This document shows positions 19,727 to 28,052 of a stretch of DNA of 64,000 bases, piece by piece. The DNA comes from Candidatus Woesebacteria bacterium (GTDB lineage Bacteria; Patescibacteriota; Microgenomatia; UBA8517). Position 1 is the stretch's first letter. Each line of letters opens with the position of its first letter. The position numbers and the translations under genes were made by a program. The stretch covers positions 145,700 to 209,699 of the forward strand of contig DMZH01000002.1 in the NCBI GenBank assembly GCA_003484955.1, given 5' to 3'. Under the pieces are notes generated by a model. It was not told the DNA's origin. It did no database searches and saw only the letters and a program-made list of their open reading frames with translations.

Positions 19727-21985
19727 ATGCAAAAAAATAATAGAGTATCAGTTGTTGTTGTTCATTATGGACATGGAAGCGAACTTTTCAGATGTTTAGA
19801 TTCTCTTGCGAAAGTTAAGAGGAAATTTAGATTTACTGAGACTATTTTAGTAGATAACAATGAGGAAAAAATCGATAAAAACAAAATTCTTAAGAATTAC
19901 CCTTGGGTAAGATATATACCTGCCCCCAAAAATTTGGGATGGTGTGAAGGGCACAATTTAGGTTTTAAGTTGGCCAAAGGTGAATATATTTTTTCGCTTG
20001 ATTCAGATGTTCTAATTGATGTTAAATCCTTCAAGAGTATTTATGAAACAATAAGAAATAATCAAAAAATAGGAATCGTTTCCCCACGAGTTAGGAATAT
20101 ATCCGGCGAGCCTTTTTTGGGTGCGACCCTCGAACTGACTCCTTTACGGGGAGTGTTCTATTTGTCGTTTATTAAAAAATCATTTCTCGGCAATTCTATT
20201 GTTAAAGACCACCTAATAAGCGACTGGGATCGAAAGACATCCAGATATGTTGAAGTGGTTCAACTTGGGGCGTTTATTATGAGAAAAGACGCTTACGAAG
20301 ACATGGATGGTTTTGACAAAGATATTTTTTTGTATTTTCATGAAGATGATGTTTCAAAAAGATTGAGAGAAAAGGGATGGAAGCTTTTTTTTGATTCAAA
20401 ATCTGAAGCAATTCATTTGGAATCTAAATGGACGCCCAAAAATACAGCCAAGATAAGGAAAATTTGGGCAAAATGCCGATTCCATTATTTTAAAAAACAT
20501 TACGGTGTTTTATCTGCTCTTTTGGTAGAAACTTTTGCAAGGTTTTCTAAATACTCATTAATTCTAATGGGAATATTTTTTTTGGGTGCTTTCTTAAGAT
20601 TTTACAAAATCCAACCAAACTTAATTTTAAATGGTGAAATGGGGACTGATTATATGAACGTCTGGAACATTATTCACGGGACACGGACATTTCTGATAGG
20701 CCCCCGTACTTCTCACGAATGGTTTTTTATCCCCCCGATATCTTATTGGATCTATACGTTTCTTCTCTTTCTCGGAAAGTATAATCCGGTGATAGTTAAT
20801 ATTTTCTGGGCTTTTGTCGGATCTTCGGCAATTTTGGTTTGCTATTACTACGTTAAAAAGCTTTTTGATGAAAAAGTTGCACTAATTGCATCATTTTTAT
20901 TGGCCGTTTCCCCTACTTGGATCTATTACACAAGGGCGTCCCGATACAACGCCCCTGCAGGGATAATATTTTTCCCTTACCTTTACTACCTTGCAAAATC
21001 AATTAAAAATAACGGAAAAAGTTTGGGCATCCTCGGATTTATATTGGGGCTTTCCATGAGCTTCTTCCCAAGTCCGTTTTTGTTAATTCCGGCGGCAATT
21101 GTGTGTTTTGTTTTTTTTAAAGTTAAACCGCGCTTTAAATATGTTTTATATTCATTCGCAGGATTCCTGATTCCGAATATAACATTTGTCCTGTATGAGA
21201 TATCTGATAAATTCGCAATTACTACTCAAATTTTAAGTTGGATTCCATATAGGATCTTAGGTTTTTTTGGCTTATATCACAAAAATACCGTCAGCTCGCA
21301 GGTTCTATCGCAAAACGTTCTCTCGATTTATAAATTTTTTGAAGAAACATTTGTACCGAGTTCCGTACTCGTATCAGTAATAATATTTAGTTTTATTATA
21401 ATTGGGTCAATTGTTTGGTTTGCGAAATCGCTAAAGAATAAAAACAAAAAAATGGCTTTTATTTTAGTTTTTATAAATCTGGCTGTTTCTTATTTGGGGT
21501 TGTTTGTTCACGGGGATCCTCCTCCGCATTACTATTTGGTGATTTTTCCGGTCCCCTTGATCCTTGCCGGATACATCTTAGTCAAAACTTTTAAAAAGAC
21601 TTCTGTCTTGATTCTTTTTACTTTATTACTTGGTGGTTTAGGAATTTGGAATTTAGATGTCACCAATTGGTTTTATCAGGACAAACCCCTCAGTAGTTAT
21701 TCCGAAAGCCTACCCCCCTATATTGTTCAACTTGCGGCTGTAAATGAAATTCTATTAAATTCAAAGGATGCGGAGTTTTCGGTTGCCAGAATCGGGATGT
21801 ATGACCAGTTTGATAATAATTTTGCAAATAATTATATTTATCTTCTTACAATCCGCGGAGCAAAAGTTAAAAGCGGCGCGAAAGTACAATATACAATAGT
21901 GGAAGACGGTAATGCCGGGAAAACGGCGTTGGGAAGGGAAATTTGGACGGGGGGAGGGTTGCAGATATTTAAACTTACAAAATGA
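19727..21985 (+). CDS. Bifunctional glycosyltransferase: N-terminal GT2 domain fused to a polytopic GT-C-like (ArnT/PMT/GT39-like) membrane domain
   Basis: N-terminal VSVVVVHYGHGSELFRCLDSL and LDSDVLI (DxD). The C-terminal ~480 aa have about 12 TM helices and resemble lipid-linked-donor glycosyltransferases. Confidence 0.45.
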   Translation: MQKNNRVSVVVVHYGHGSELFRCLDSLAKVKRKFRFTETILVDNNEEKIDKNKILKNYPWVRYIPAPKNLGWCEGHNLGFKLAKGEYIFSLDSDVLIDVKSFKSIYETIRNNQKIGIVSPRVRNISGEPFLGATLELTPLRGVFYLSFIKKSFLGNSIVKDHLISDWDRKTSRYVEVVQLGAFIMRKDAYEDMDGFDKDIFLYFHEDDVSKRLREKGWKLFFDSKSEAIHLESKWTPKNTAKIRKIWAKCRFHYFKKHYGVLSALLVETFARFSKYSLILMGIFFLGAFLRFYKIQPNLILNGEMGTDYMNVWNIIHGTRTFLIGPRTSHEWFFIPPISYWIYTFLLFLGKYNPVIVNIFWAFVGSSAILVCYYYVKKLFDEKVALIASFLLAVSPTWIYYTRASRYNAPAGIIFFPYLYYLAKSIKNNGKSLGILGFILGLSMSFFPSPFLLIPAAIVCFVFFKVKPRFKYVLYSFAGFLIPNITFVLYEISDKFAITTQILSWIPYRILGFFGLYHKNTVSSQVLSQNVLSIYKFFEETFVPSSVLVSVIIFSFIIIGSIVWFAKSLKNKNKKMAFILVFINLAVSYLGLFVHGDPPPHYYLVIFPVPLILAGYILVKTFKKTSVLILFTLLLGGLGIWNLDVTNWFYQDKPLSSYSESLPPYIVQLAAVNEILLNSKDAEFSVARIGMYDQFDNNFANNYIYLLTIRGAKVKSGAKVQYTIVEDGNAGKTALGREIWTGGGLQIFKLTK

Positions 21986-22560
21986 TAAATTTTTCGTTAG
22001 TTACTTTAAATAGAAAGAACATTGCAGATTTTGCGAAAGAACGGAATATCCTTTTGGGAAAGTCGAAATTTGATTGGGTTTTATTTTTGGATTCGGATGA
22101 GAAATTATCAAAGGAACTGATAAAAGAAATATCGGATTTGGATGCATCAGGTTATTCCGGATTTTTTATAAAAAGGAAAATTATATTTTTGGGTAGAGAA
22201 ATCGGGGAAGATGTGGTTTTAAGATTGGGTAGGAGAAACTCGGGGAAATGGGTTCGGAAAGTTCACGAAACTTGGAATATAAAAGGTAAAACAGGTTGTC
22301 TTAAAAATTATATTATTCACCATACTGCCGATAATCTACATGAGTATATTGAAAAAATAAATCGGTATTCCGATATACACGCAAAAGAAAATATGCGCGA
22401 AGGCAAAAAATCCAATATTTCAAAAATAATTTTCTACCCTAAAGCAAAATTAATTCAAAATTTATTTCAAGGACGGGGCTTTGTTTTTAGTATGTTACAA
22501 TCTTTTCACTCGTTTTTGGGATGGGTAAAACAATGGGAATTACAAAGAAAATCAAATTAG
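21982..22560 (+). CDS. Glycosyltransferase family 2-like protein (short; may be a fragment)
   Basis: FDWVLFLDSDEKL DxD-type motif. The N-terminal nucleotide-binding part seems to be missing and the start overlaps the upstream stop. Confidence 0.3.
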   Translation: MINFSLVTLNRKNIADFAKERNILLGKSKFDWVLFLDSDEKLSKELIKEISDLDASGYSGFFIKRKIIFLGREIGEDVVLRLGRRNSGKWVRKVHETWNIKGKTGCLKNYIIHHTADNLHEYIEKINRYSDIHAKENMREGKKSNISKIIFYPKAKLIQNLFQGRGFVFSMLQSFHSFLGWVKQWELQRKSN

Positions 22561-23723
22561 ATAGTTTATTTTCGCTGCAAAGCGTATTTCTTTTTTTGTT
22601 TTTGGCCCTTTTTCCTTTCGGACAAATTATCAGGTTAAGTTTTAATATAGGCAGTTTAAATATACCTCTTCAGCCTATCGACGTTGTGGTTGGATTAGGG
22701 GCGCTTTATTCAATTTTATTTGAAAAAGAAAAACCAAAAGTTTACAAATACCTTAAATATTTTTTGGTAGCTGCGGGTTTCTCATTCATTTTGTCGGTAT
22801 TCATTTTTAAGTACGAAGTTCTTTATGGCCTATTTTATCTGGTCCGTATTGTCGCTTATACATTCTTTTTAAATTATGTTTGGAATTTTGCTAAAAAAAG
22901 CTCTACCAACGGCCATTTACTTTCAAGCAGTCTTTTGACGATTTCGGTTATCTCGGCAGTTTTTGGTTGGATTCAACTTTTTGTTTTTCCGGATATTAAG
23001 CCATTTTTTGTTTACGGTTGGGATATGCACTTGTTCCGCCTGGTGGGCACTTTCCTGGATCCCACATTTTTGGGCCTAATTATAGTTTTCGGATTGTTGC
23101 TATCGATCAATCGATTCATTGATAGTAGAGAAAAAAAGTATTTATTAATTACAGTATTCCTTTTGGTGTCTCTGGCATTTACCTATTCAAGAGCCAGCTA
23201 TCTGGCATTTTTGGGGGGTATCTTTGTCATCGCTTTTACGGAAAAGAAGTTTAGAAAAATGATGGTTTTGGCGATTGCCCTTTTGGTTTTTGCTTTACTC
23301 TTGCCGACGGCAAGAAACCACAGCATAGAGCTGACACGTTCATTTAGTATTATTGCCAGGTTGGACAATTATAAGGAGACAGTTGAGGTGTTTAAAAAAT
23401 TCCCCGTATTTGGAGTCGGGTTTAATAATCTTTGTATAGCCAGAAATAAATATATCGGAATGGAGTCTTTTACCTCTCATGCATGTTCGGGGTCCGACTC
23501 AAGTTTGCTTTTGATTCTTGCAACAACCGGCACAATAGGCCTGATGGTATTCGCGGGAAGCATCCTTGGAGTATTCAAATCTCTAACCGAAAATCGTGAA
23601 GCACAAACTGTAATTGCGGTATCTATGGCACTGTTTATTCATAGTCTGTTTTCCAATTCCTTGTTTTTCCCTTGGGTAATGGGGTATGTTGTAATTCTTC
23701 TTGCGGTCAGCGTTACGAAGTAA
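22521..23723 (+). CDS. O-antigen ligase / polymerase-like membrane protein (Wzy_C-like)
   Basis: Polytopic membrane protein with a periplasmic loop TYSRASYLAFLGG typical of the O-antigen ligase family. Confidence 0.5.
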   Translation: MGKTMGITKKIKLDSLFSLQSVFLFLFLALFPFGQIIRLSFNIGSLNIPLQPIDVVVGLGALYSILFEKEKPKVYKYLKYFLVAAGFSFILSVFIFKYEVLYGLFYLVRIVAYTFFLNYVWNFAKKSSTNGHLLSSSLLTISVISAVFGWIQLFVFPDIKPFFVYGWDMHLFRLVGTFLDPTFLGLIIVFGLLLSINRFIDSREKKYLLITVFLLVSLAFTYSRASYLAFLGGIFVIAFTEKKFRKMMVLAIALLVFALLLPTARNHSIELTRSFSIIARLDNYKETVEVFKKFPVFGVGFNNLCIARNKYIGMESFTSHACSGSDSSLLLILATTGTIGLMVFAGSILGVFKSLTENREAQTVIAVSMALFIHSLFSNSLFFPWVMGYVVILLAVSVTK

Positions 23724-24444
23724 AGTTGAGGCTTATATTTTTTTCAGTAGTATTTCCTGCTTGATCGGTTGACTTTACATTAAAGGTATTCGAGCCTTCA
23801 TTTAGGGTCGTAGTATATTGAAAAATTCCCGAATCGTCAACTGAAATAATTCTGTCATTAATTGTAACTTTGGCGTCAGTTTCGGTCTTTCCTGTGATTG
23901 TAATTTGTCTTTGATTGGATCCAAAATAGCTGGAACCGTCTGAGGGTGAAGTTATTTCCAAATCAGGTGTTTTCTTGTCAAAAGTTATTTGATGGTCATC
24001 TGATTTTTGGCTTTGGTTTCCCGATTGATCGGTGGCGGTTGCCGCAAAAGTATTTATTCCATCCTGCAAGGTTACGCCAAACGAAAATTGTCCATCGTTG
24101 TCAGCCAAGACCTCTTGAGGACTTCCATTAAAAGTAAGTTTTACTGAGGCTCCCGATTCCGTATTACCTGTCAATGTCAGGGTTTGTTGGTTAGTGAATT
24201 CCGGAAAATATTTAAATTTAGGGGGTGGGGGCGGTGTAAAATCGGAGTTGCTGATTTTATTGTTATTACCTCTAAGACTGGAGACAAGTGAGGCAAGTCT
24301 GCCAAGAGCCGGTATTCCGATAAAATAAAGTATCGCAATGGCGGCAATTGTCAGCAATATATAAAAAGTAGCGCTTCTTGTGTTTTTTCTCTCCTCGGAA
24401 TTTATAAACCTTCTTGTAAACTTTTTCATTTTATTTTTGAGCAT
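23713..24444 (-). CDS. Membrane-anchored surface protein with two bacterial Ig-like (Big) domains
   Basis: N-terminal TM anchor, a PPPPP linker, and repeated TLTGNTESGASVKLTFNG...DQSGNQS / ITITGKTETDAKVTIND...DQAGNTT modules. The start codon lies inside the left 187-bp inverted repeat. Confidence 0.5.
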   Translation of the reverse strand: MLKNKMKKFTRRFINSEERKNTRSATFYILLTIAAIAILYFIGIPALGRLASLVSSLRGNNNKISNSDFTPPPPPKFKYFPEFTNQQTLTLTGNTESGASVKLTFNGSPQEVLADNDGQFSFGVTLQDGINTFAATATDQSGNQSQKSDDHQITFDKKTPDLEITSPSDGSSYFGSNQRQITITGKTETDAKVTINDRIISVDDSGIFQYTTTLNEGSNTFNVKSTDQAGNTTEKNISLNFTS

Positions 24445-24625
24445 GTTTATAATTTAGCTCGAACTCATTTTACAACAAAATACTAACAATTACATTTGCG
24501 TCAAGAAAAGGGGTTAAAGGGGAAATGAATTGACGCGAATGTCGTGTTGTCGCTCAGTCCCGCTTCGCGGGACTTCGCTAACTCTGTTCTCTTGCTCGCT
24601 CCTTTCAGTCGCTCGCAATACGCCA
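24439..24625. repeat. Left copy of a perfect 187-bp inverted repeat (IR187-L)
   Basis: Identical over all 187 nt to the reverse complement of 34539-34725. Contains the hairpin AGTCCCGC-TTCG-GCGGGACT. Confidence 0.9.
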
Positions 24626-25137
24626 AATGGTAAAGGGGTTATTTGTACAACCTTTGGTTGCTCAACATTTTCTCCGTTGCAAAAGTTTTCTGTAATCCGA
24701 GTATTTGCCCACCCACCCTAGAAAGGAGTTGGCGCTGCCCCCTCTGCACTCGCTAGGGCCCCCTATGGGCGGCCTTGCCGATGTTTTACTTTTGTTTATC
24801 TAAGTGTTCAGTATCTTCCTCGCCTCGTGCAAAAAACATTTGCCCCTTCGGGGTTGCACTCGGCTTTTCTCAAACACTTTTAAGTAGCGTTGCTCGTTCC
24901 GGGGGGCGTTCCTTTTTTTCCGCCCCCGCGCTTTTATTTTTTCCCTTTTCGCGCGTGGTCGGCGGAAACCTGCTTCGCAGGATAGCGCCAATGCAGGGAA
25001 CAGAAAACCAATAGGCCAAAATGGTGGAAATTGGCCGATTCTAGCTTCAAATTGGACAAAATCTAAAACAAAGAAGCTTCCACAGTTTTACTTCACAAAC
25101 ACTTCGCTTTAGTACAAGAGCGAAGTATACTAACTGT
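24626..25137 (+). ncRNA. Candidate structured noncoding RNA (GC-rich, several UUCG-tetraloop hairpins); identity unknown
   Basis: This ~510-nt stretch has no credible ORF and is far more GC-rich than the rest of the window. Hairpins CCCC-TTCG-GGGG (24844-24854), CCTGC-TTCG-GCAGG (24969-24981) and GGGGGGCG...CGCCCCC are present. The IR hairpin CCCGC-TTCG-GCGGG lies upstream. Confidence 0.25.
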
Positions 25138-25776
25138 ATGGCAGACGACACACCACAAGACACTACAACAACTCAAGACACACCTGCAGATCAACCAGTA
25201 GTTCAACCCGAACCACCGAAAGTCGAGGAGACTCCTGACGAAATTCCACCAACTGAAACTTCAGCAGAAGAAAAACCAACACCAACAGAAGAACCCAAAC
25301 CAGAAAATCCTCCCGAAGTTCCTGAAATTCCCCGAACTCCCGAAACATCCAAGGAGGAAACTAAAACAGAAGAGAAACCAACAGAAACAAAAGCAGAAGA
25401 ACTAAAAACAGACGAGAAACCCAAAGACGTGTCCGCCGAAGTCTCGACGAAGGTGGAAGAAGTTAAACCAGAAGTACCCGCTCCCGAATCTCCCAAACAA
25501 CCCGAAAAACCTATACCCGCCGAAACTTCAGTGAAGGAGGGCCAACCAAACCTTGACGACTTAAGAGACAAAGCAAACAAAGAGAGACAAGACAGAAAAC
25601 AGGAACATTTATCAGAAGTTGAGAAGTTAGCTAAATCAAAACAAATTAACAATGATGATGTCCGTGAGCTTTTGCACGTTTCCCAAAGTACAGCAACAAA
25701 TTATCTGGAAGAATTGACCAAACAGGGGAAAATCAAGAAGTCTGGGAAGGCAAAAGCTACTTCGTACTCTTCTTAA
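25138..25776 (+). CDS. Acidic low-complexity (P/E/T/K-rich) protein with a C-terminal winged-HTH DNA-binding domain
   Basis: About 150 aa of PEPK/TPTEE-type disordered repeats, then DVRELLHVSQSTATNYLEELTKQGKIKKSG (wHTH). Confidence 0.45.
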   Translation: MADDTPQDTTTTQDTPADQPVVQPEPPKVEETPDEIPPTETSAEEKPTPTEEPKPENPPEVPEIPRTPETSKEETKTEEKPTETKAEELKTDEKPKDVSAEVSTKVEEVKPEVPAPESPKQPEKPIPAETSVKEGQPNLDDLRDKANKERQDRKQEHLSEVEKLAKSKQINNDDVRELLHVSQSTATNYLEELTKQGKIKKSGKAKATSYSS

Positions 25777-26053
25777 CTTTAGTTGTGATTAGTTTAAATC
25801 CGCCTTTACCAAATTTAATAACTTGGCCTATTTTACTTATTGTGGAGGAGCTAACAGGAATTAACTTTTCAATTTCCTCATATGTTTTATCAGCTAGGAT
25901 ATAGTTTGCAATCTTGATTCGTTGGGCAAAATCCAAAGTTTCCTCATCTGTAAATAGATCTTGAATAAATAAGGCCAAATTATTTTTAGTCTTAACTTTG
26001 TAAAACGAATCAACCAGAAGTTCTTGGTCTTTACCCAGTGCCACTTTTGCCAT
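25757..26053 (-). CDS. TrpR-like YerC/YecD family protein
   Basis: 98 aa with the Trp-repressor-like fold signature LFIQDLFTDEETLDFAQRIKIANYILADKTYEEIEKLIPVSSSTISKI. Confidence 0.5.
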   Translation of the reverse strand: MAKVALGKDQELLVDSFYKVKTKNNLALFIQDLFTDEETLDFAQRIKIANYILADKTYEEIEKLIPVSSSTISKIGQVIKFGKGGFKLITTKVKKSTK

Positions 26054-26109
26054 AATTAACTATATCACGTTAATCCAATCAATTAAATAATTTCTGTCAG
26101 TCATATTTC

Positions 26110-26138
26110 TTGACAAAGTAATTCTTTTCATTTAATAT
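26110..26138 (+). promoter_or_regulatory. Sigma70-like promoter candidate (TTGACA-17-TAATAT)
   Basis: TTGACA at 26110-26115, a 17-nt spacer, and TAATAT at 26133-26138. Confidence 0.35.
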
Positions 26139-26261
26139 GAATTGACCGTTTGATACGGCGCACTTTTAAACAGATATTTATTTTCTTATTTGGAAATCGA
26201 CAGTTGTTTAATTACAACTAAGTACAGGGTAACTTGTACATTAAGGTATTTTTTTAATACC

Positions 26262-26286
26262 GCAGATGAAAATCTGCCGCTTTTTT
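26262..26286 (+). terminator. Rho-independent terminator candidate (GCAGAT-GAAA-ATCTGC then CCGC TTTTTT)
   Basis: A 6-bp stem with a GNRA loop followed by a T6 tract, ~125 nt downstream of the promoter candidate. Confidence 0.35.
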
Positions 26287-26482
26287 CCGGGACATGCACA
26301 GCAAGATGTATATGCATTAAGTTATGTGTCATTGCCAGGATCACAGGCATAATGGGGCTAAGATATGACAGTAGAAATATCGTGGCACGTCAGAAATATT
26401 TAAGGAGGCTCAAGATCTTTCTTTTAGGATTTCCTTTTTAAGACGGGCACTTGGCATTTTTGCCAGGTTAGAAAGGATAAAT

Positions 26483-26680
26483 ATGCTGAAAAAGTACAAC
26501 CAACTTATTAGTCTTATTGATGAGTTGGCCAAAGACGAAGATCTGAAGCCAGGTAAAAAGGATATACTTAAGAGGGCATTGAAGGAACTGTTCCACGCTC
26601 TTGATACTAAAAATATCAAAGGTGTGAGAAAAGCAATCGATCAGCTCTCAAAAGAACTGCTAATTGTTTACCATCCTTAA
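26483..26680 (+). CDS. Small helical hypothetical protein (65 aa), first gene of the RT/R-M cluster
   Basis: ORF with a good RBS-like context (AGGATAAATATG); no motif recognised. Confidence 0.3.
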   Translation: MLKKYNQLISLIDELAKDEDLKPGKKDILKRALKELFHALDTKNIKGVRKAIDQLSKELLIVYHP

Positions 26681-26713
26681 TTATTTCCATAAGGACCCGT
26701 TTGACGGATTTTT

Positions 26714-27043
26714 ATGGAAGTACCTATTATGAACTACGGAAAAGCACTCAAAATTGCACGCTCCGCGCGAAACATTTCTCAGAAAGATTTAAGTGATGCT
26801 ATTAGTTTGGATCCAAGCTATATTTCGCTTATAGAAAAAGGTAAAAGAATACCGACTATCGAAACTCTTGAGAAAATTGTAAAAAGTCTCAATATCCCAA
26901 TACATCTGTTTTTTCTATTGGCATCTGGCAAGAATCAAATGAAGAAAATGCCGTCTAGTAAAAAGGCGGGGGTAGCAGAGTTGTTGTTGGATCTTCTTCT
27001 TTCCACTGAAAAAAATGAGCACTCTCCAAAAAACAAAAATTAA
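26714..27043 (+). CDS. XRE-family helix-turn-helix transcriptional regulator
   Basis: ISQKDLSDAISLDPSYISLIEKGKRIPTIETLEKIVKSL matches the Cro/C1 HTH. The 3' end overlaps the RT start by 29 nt. Confidence 0.7.
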   Translation: MEVPIMNYGKALKIARSARNISQKDLSDAISLDPSYISLIEKGKRIPTIETLEKIVKSLNIPIHLFFLLASGKNQMKKMPSSKKAGVAELLLDLLLSTEKNEHSPKNKN

Positions 27044-27992
27044 ATCAGTTGCTGAACTTTCGCAAACTCTAAAGGTTGGTGTTAAGGAATTCGTCAAAAC
27101 CGCTAAAAATGCAAATTTGTTTTATAGACCATTTGATCTTAGCAAAAAAGGATCTGAAAAATGGAGACACATAGATAATCCAACAGGCAAACTCAAAATA
27201 ATCCAAAAGGCTATAAACAAACAAATTTTGCGCGACTTAATGTTTCAACTTCCACCTAATATCATGGGTGGTATCGAGAACAAATCTATTCTTGAAAATG
27301 CCAAAGTACACGTTGGACAAGAAATGGTTGTCACGATAGATATCAAAAATTGCTTTCCTAAAACAAAAAATGAGGTCATCTTTACCATCTGGAAAAATTT
27401 ATTGGGATTCGAGCCGAATAGTGCAAGGTTATTAACCCAATTAACTACAACAAAGGGACACCTACCTCAAGGTTCCCCTGCGAGTCCATCTTTATCAAAT
27501 CTTGCCCTACTTCCGATTTCAAAAGAAATTTTGAATTATTCAAAAAAACATCATTTGAACTTTACTATATATGTTGACGATATTACATTATCCGGAAAGA
27601 AAAGTTCAGCATTAGATTCAATTAGCCCAGTTGTTAAAATCATTCAAAAATATGGCTATGCAATAAGAAATAAGAAAGTTAAAAAAATGCCTTCATATAA
27701 AACTCAAACGACAACAGGAATCCAACTAAACTCTGAAATTTCCATTGGAAAGCAGAAGATTGATGAAATTAGGAAGGAAATAATTAATCTTGCCAAACTA
27801 CAAAAGCCGTATATCACTAAAAAATCAATTTTTAGCAAAATTGATTATGTAAAAAAAATTTCGCCAGAAAAAGGACAAAAACTACTAGAGTTTGCCAATA
27901 TGATATTGGAGGAAGATATTGATTATATTGCTGTTGATCCAGAAAAAGACGAAAAAAGAGATTGCAATGGAAAGGCCTGCCTAGCTAAATAG
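27015..27992 (+). CDS. Reverse transcriptase, retron-type (no maturase or endonuclease domains)
   Basis: RT motif 1/2 TIDIKNCFPKT, motif 4 LPQGSPASPSLSNLAL (retron-like LPQGAPTSPxLSNL), motif 5 YVDDITLSG, and a downstream TTGIQLN that matches the retron VTG region; 325 aa. Confidence 0.7.
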   Translation: MSTLQKTKIKSVAELSQTLKVGVKEFVKTAKNANLFYRPFDLSKKGSEKWRHIDNPTGKLKIIQKAINKQILRDLMFQLPPNIMGGIENKSILENAKVHVGQEMVVTIDIKNCFPKTKNEVIFTIWKNLLGFEPNSARLLTQLTTTKGHLPQGSPASPSLSNLALLPISKEILNYSKKHHLNFTIYVDDITLSGKKSSALDSISPVVKIIQKYGYAIRNKKVKKMPSYKTQTTTGIQLNSEISIGKQKIDEIRKEIINLAKLQKPYITKKSIFSKIDYVKKISPEKGQKLLEFANMILEEDIDYIAVDPEKDEKRDCNGKACLAK

Positions 27993-28052
27993 GTCAATTA
28001 CTTCGCTTTAGTACATTCGTACAAGAGCAAAAAGTGCTAAAATACACACATA

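Noticed and set aside
21982-22560. Calling the short GT2-like ORF a pseudogene
   Set aside because: It lacks the N-terminal nucleotide-binding segment, but the ORF is intact with an overlapping start-stop typical of operon coupling. Without an alignment I cannot distinguish a fragment from a genuinely short family member.
24530-24721. 63-aa ORF MTRMSCCRSVPLRG... and its twin at 34428-34634 on the minus strand
   Set aside because: Both lie entirely within the two copies of the 187-bp inverted repeat, so the identical protein is simply the repeat read in the same frame. There is no RBS, and the translation is Cys/Ser/Leu low-complexity. They are artefacts of the repeat, not genes.
24775-25014. 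Overlapping ORFs at 24775-25014 (+) and the Arg/Lys-rich 24800-24991 (-) in the GC-rich region
   Set aside because: The composition is atypical for this genome's codon usage. The sequences are low-complexity and mutually overlapping. The region is better explained as structured RNA or regulatory DNA.
24626-25137. Possible RNase P RNA, tmRNA or SRP RNA in the GC-rich segment
   Set aside because: I looked for P4-strand signatures (GGAAAGTCCGGGC / ACAGAACCCGGCTTA), the tmRNA tRNA-like ends and the SRP AGGUCCGGAAGGAAGCAGC motif. Only a loose ACAGAAAACC resemblance was found, which is not enough to call any of these.
27015-27992. Group II intron or DGR-type reverse transcriptase
   Set aside because: At 325 aa it has no maturase (domain X) or endonuclease domain. 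No group II domain V/VI RNA is nearby. No template/variable repeat pair typical of DGRs is present. The motif 4 LPQGSPASP and the VTG-like region fit retron/Abi-type RTs better.
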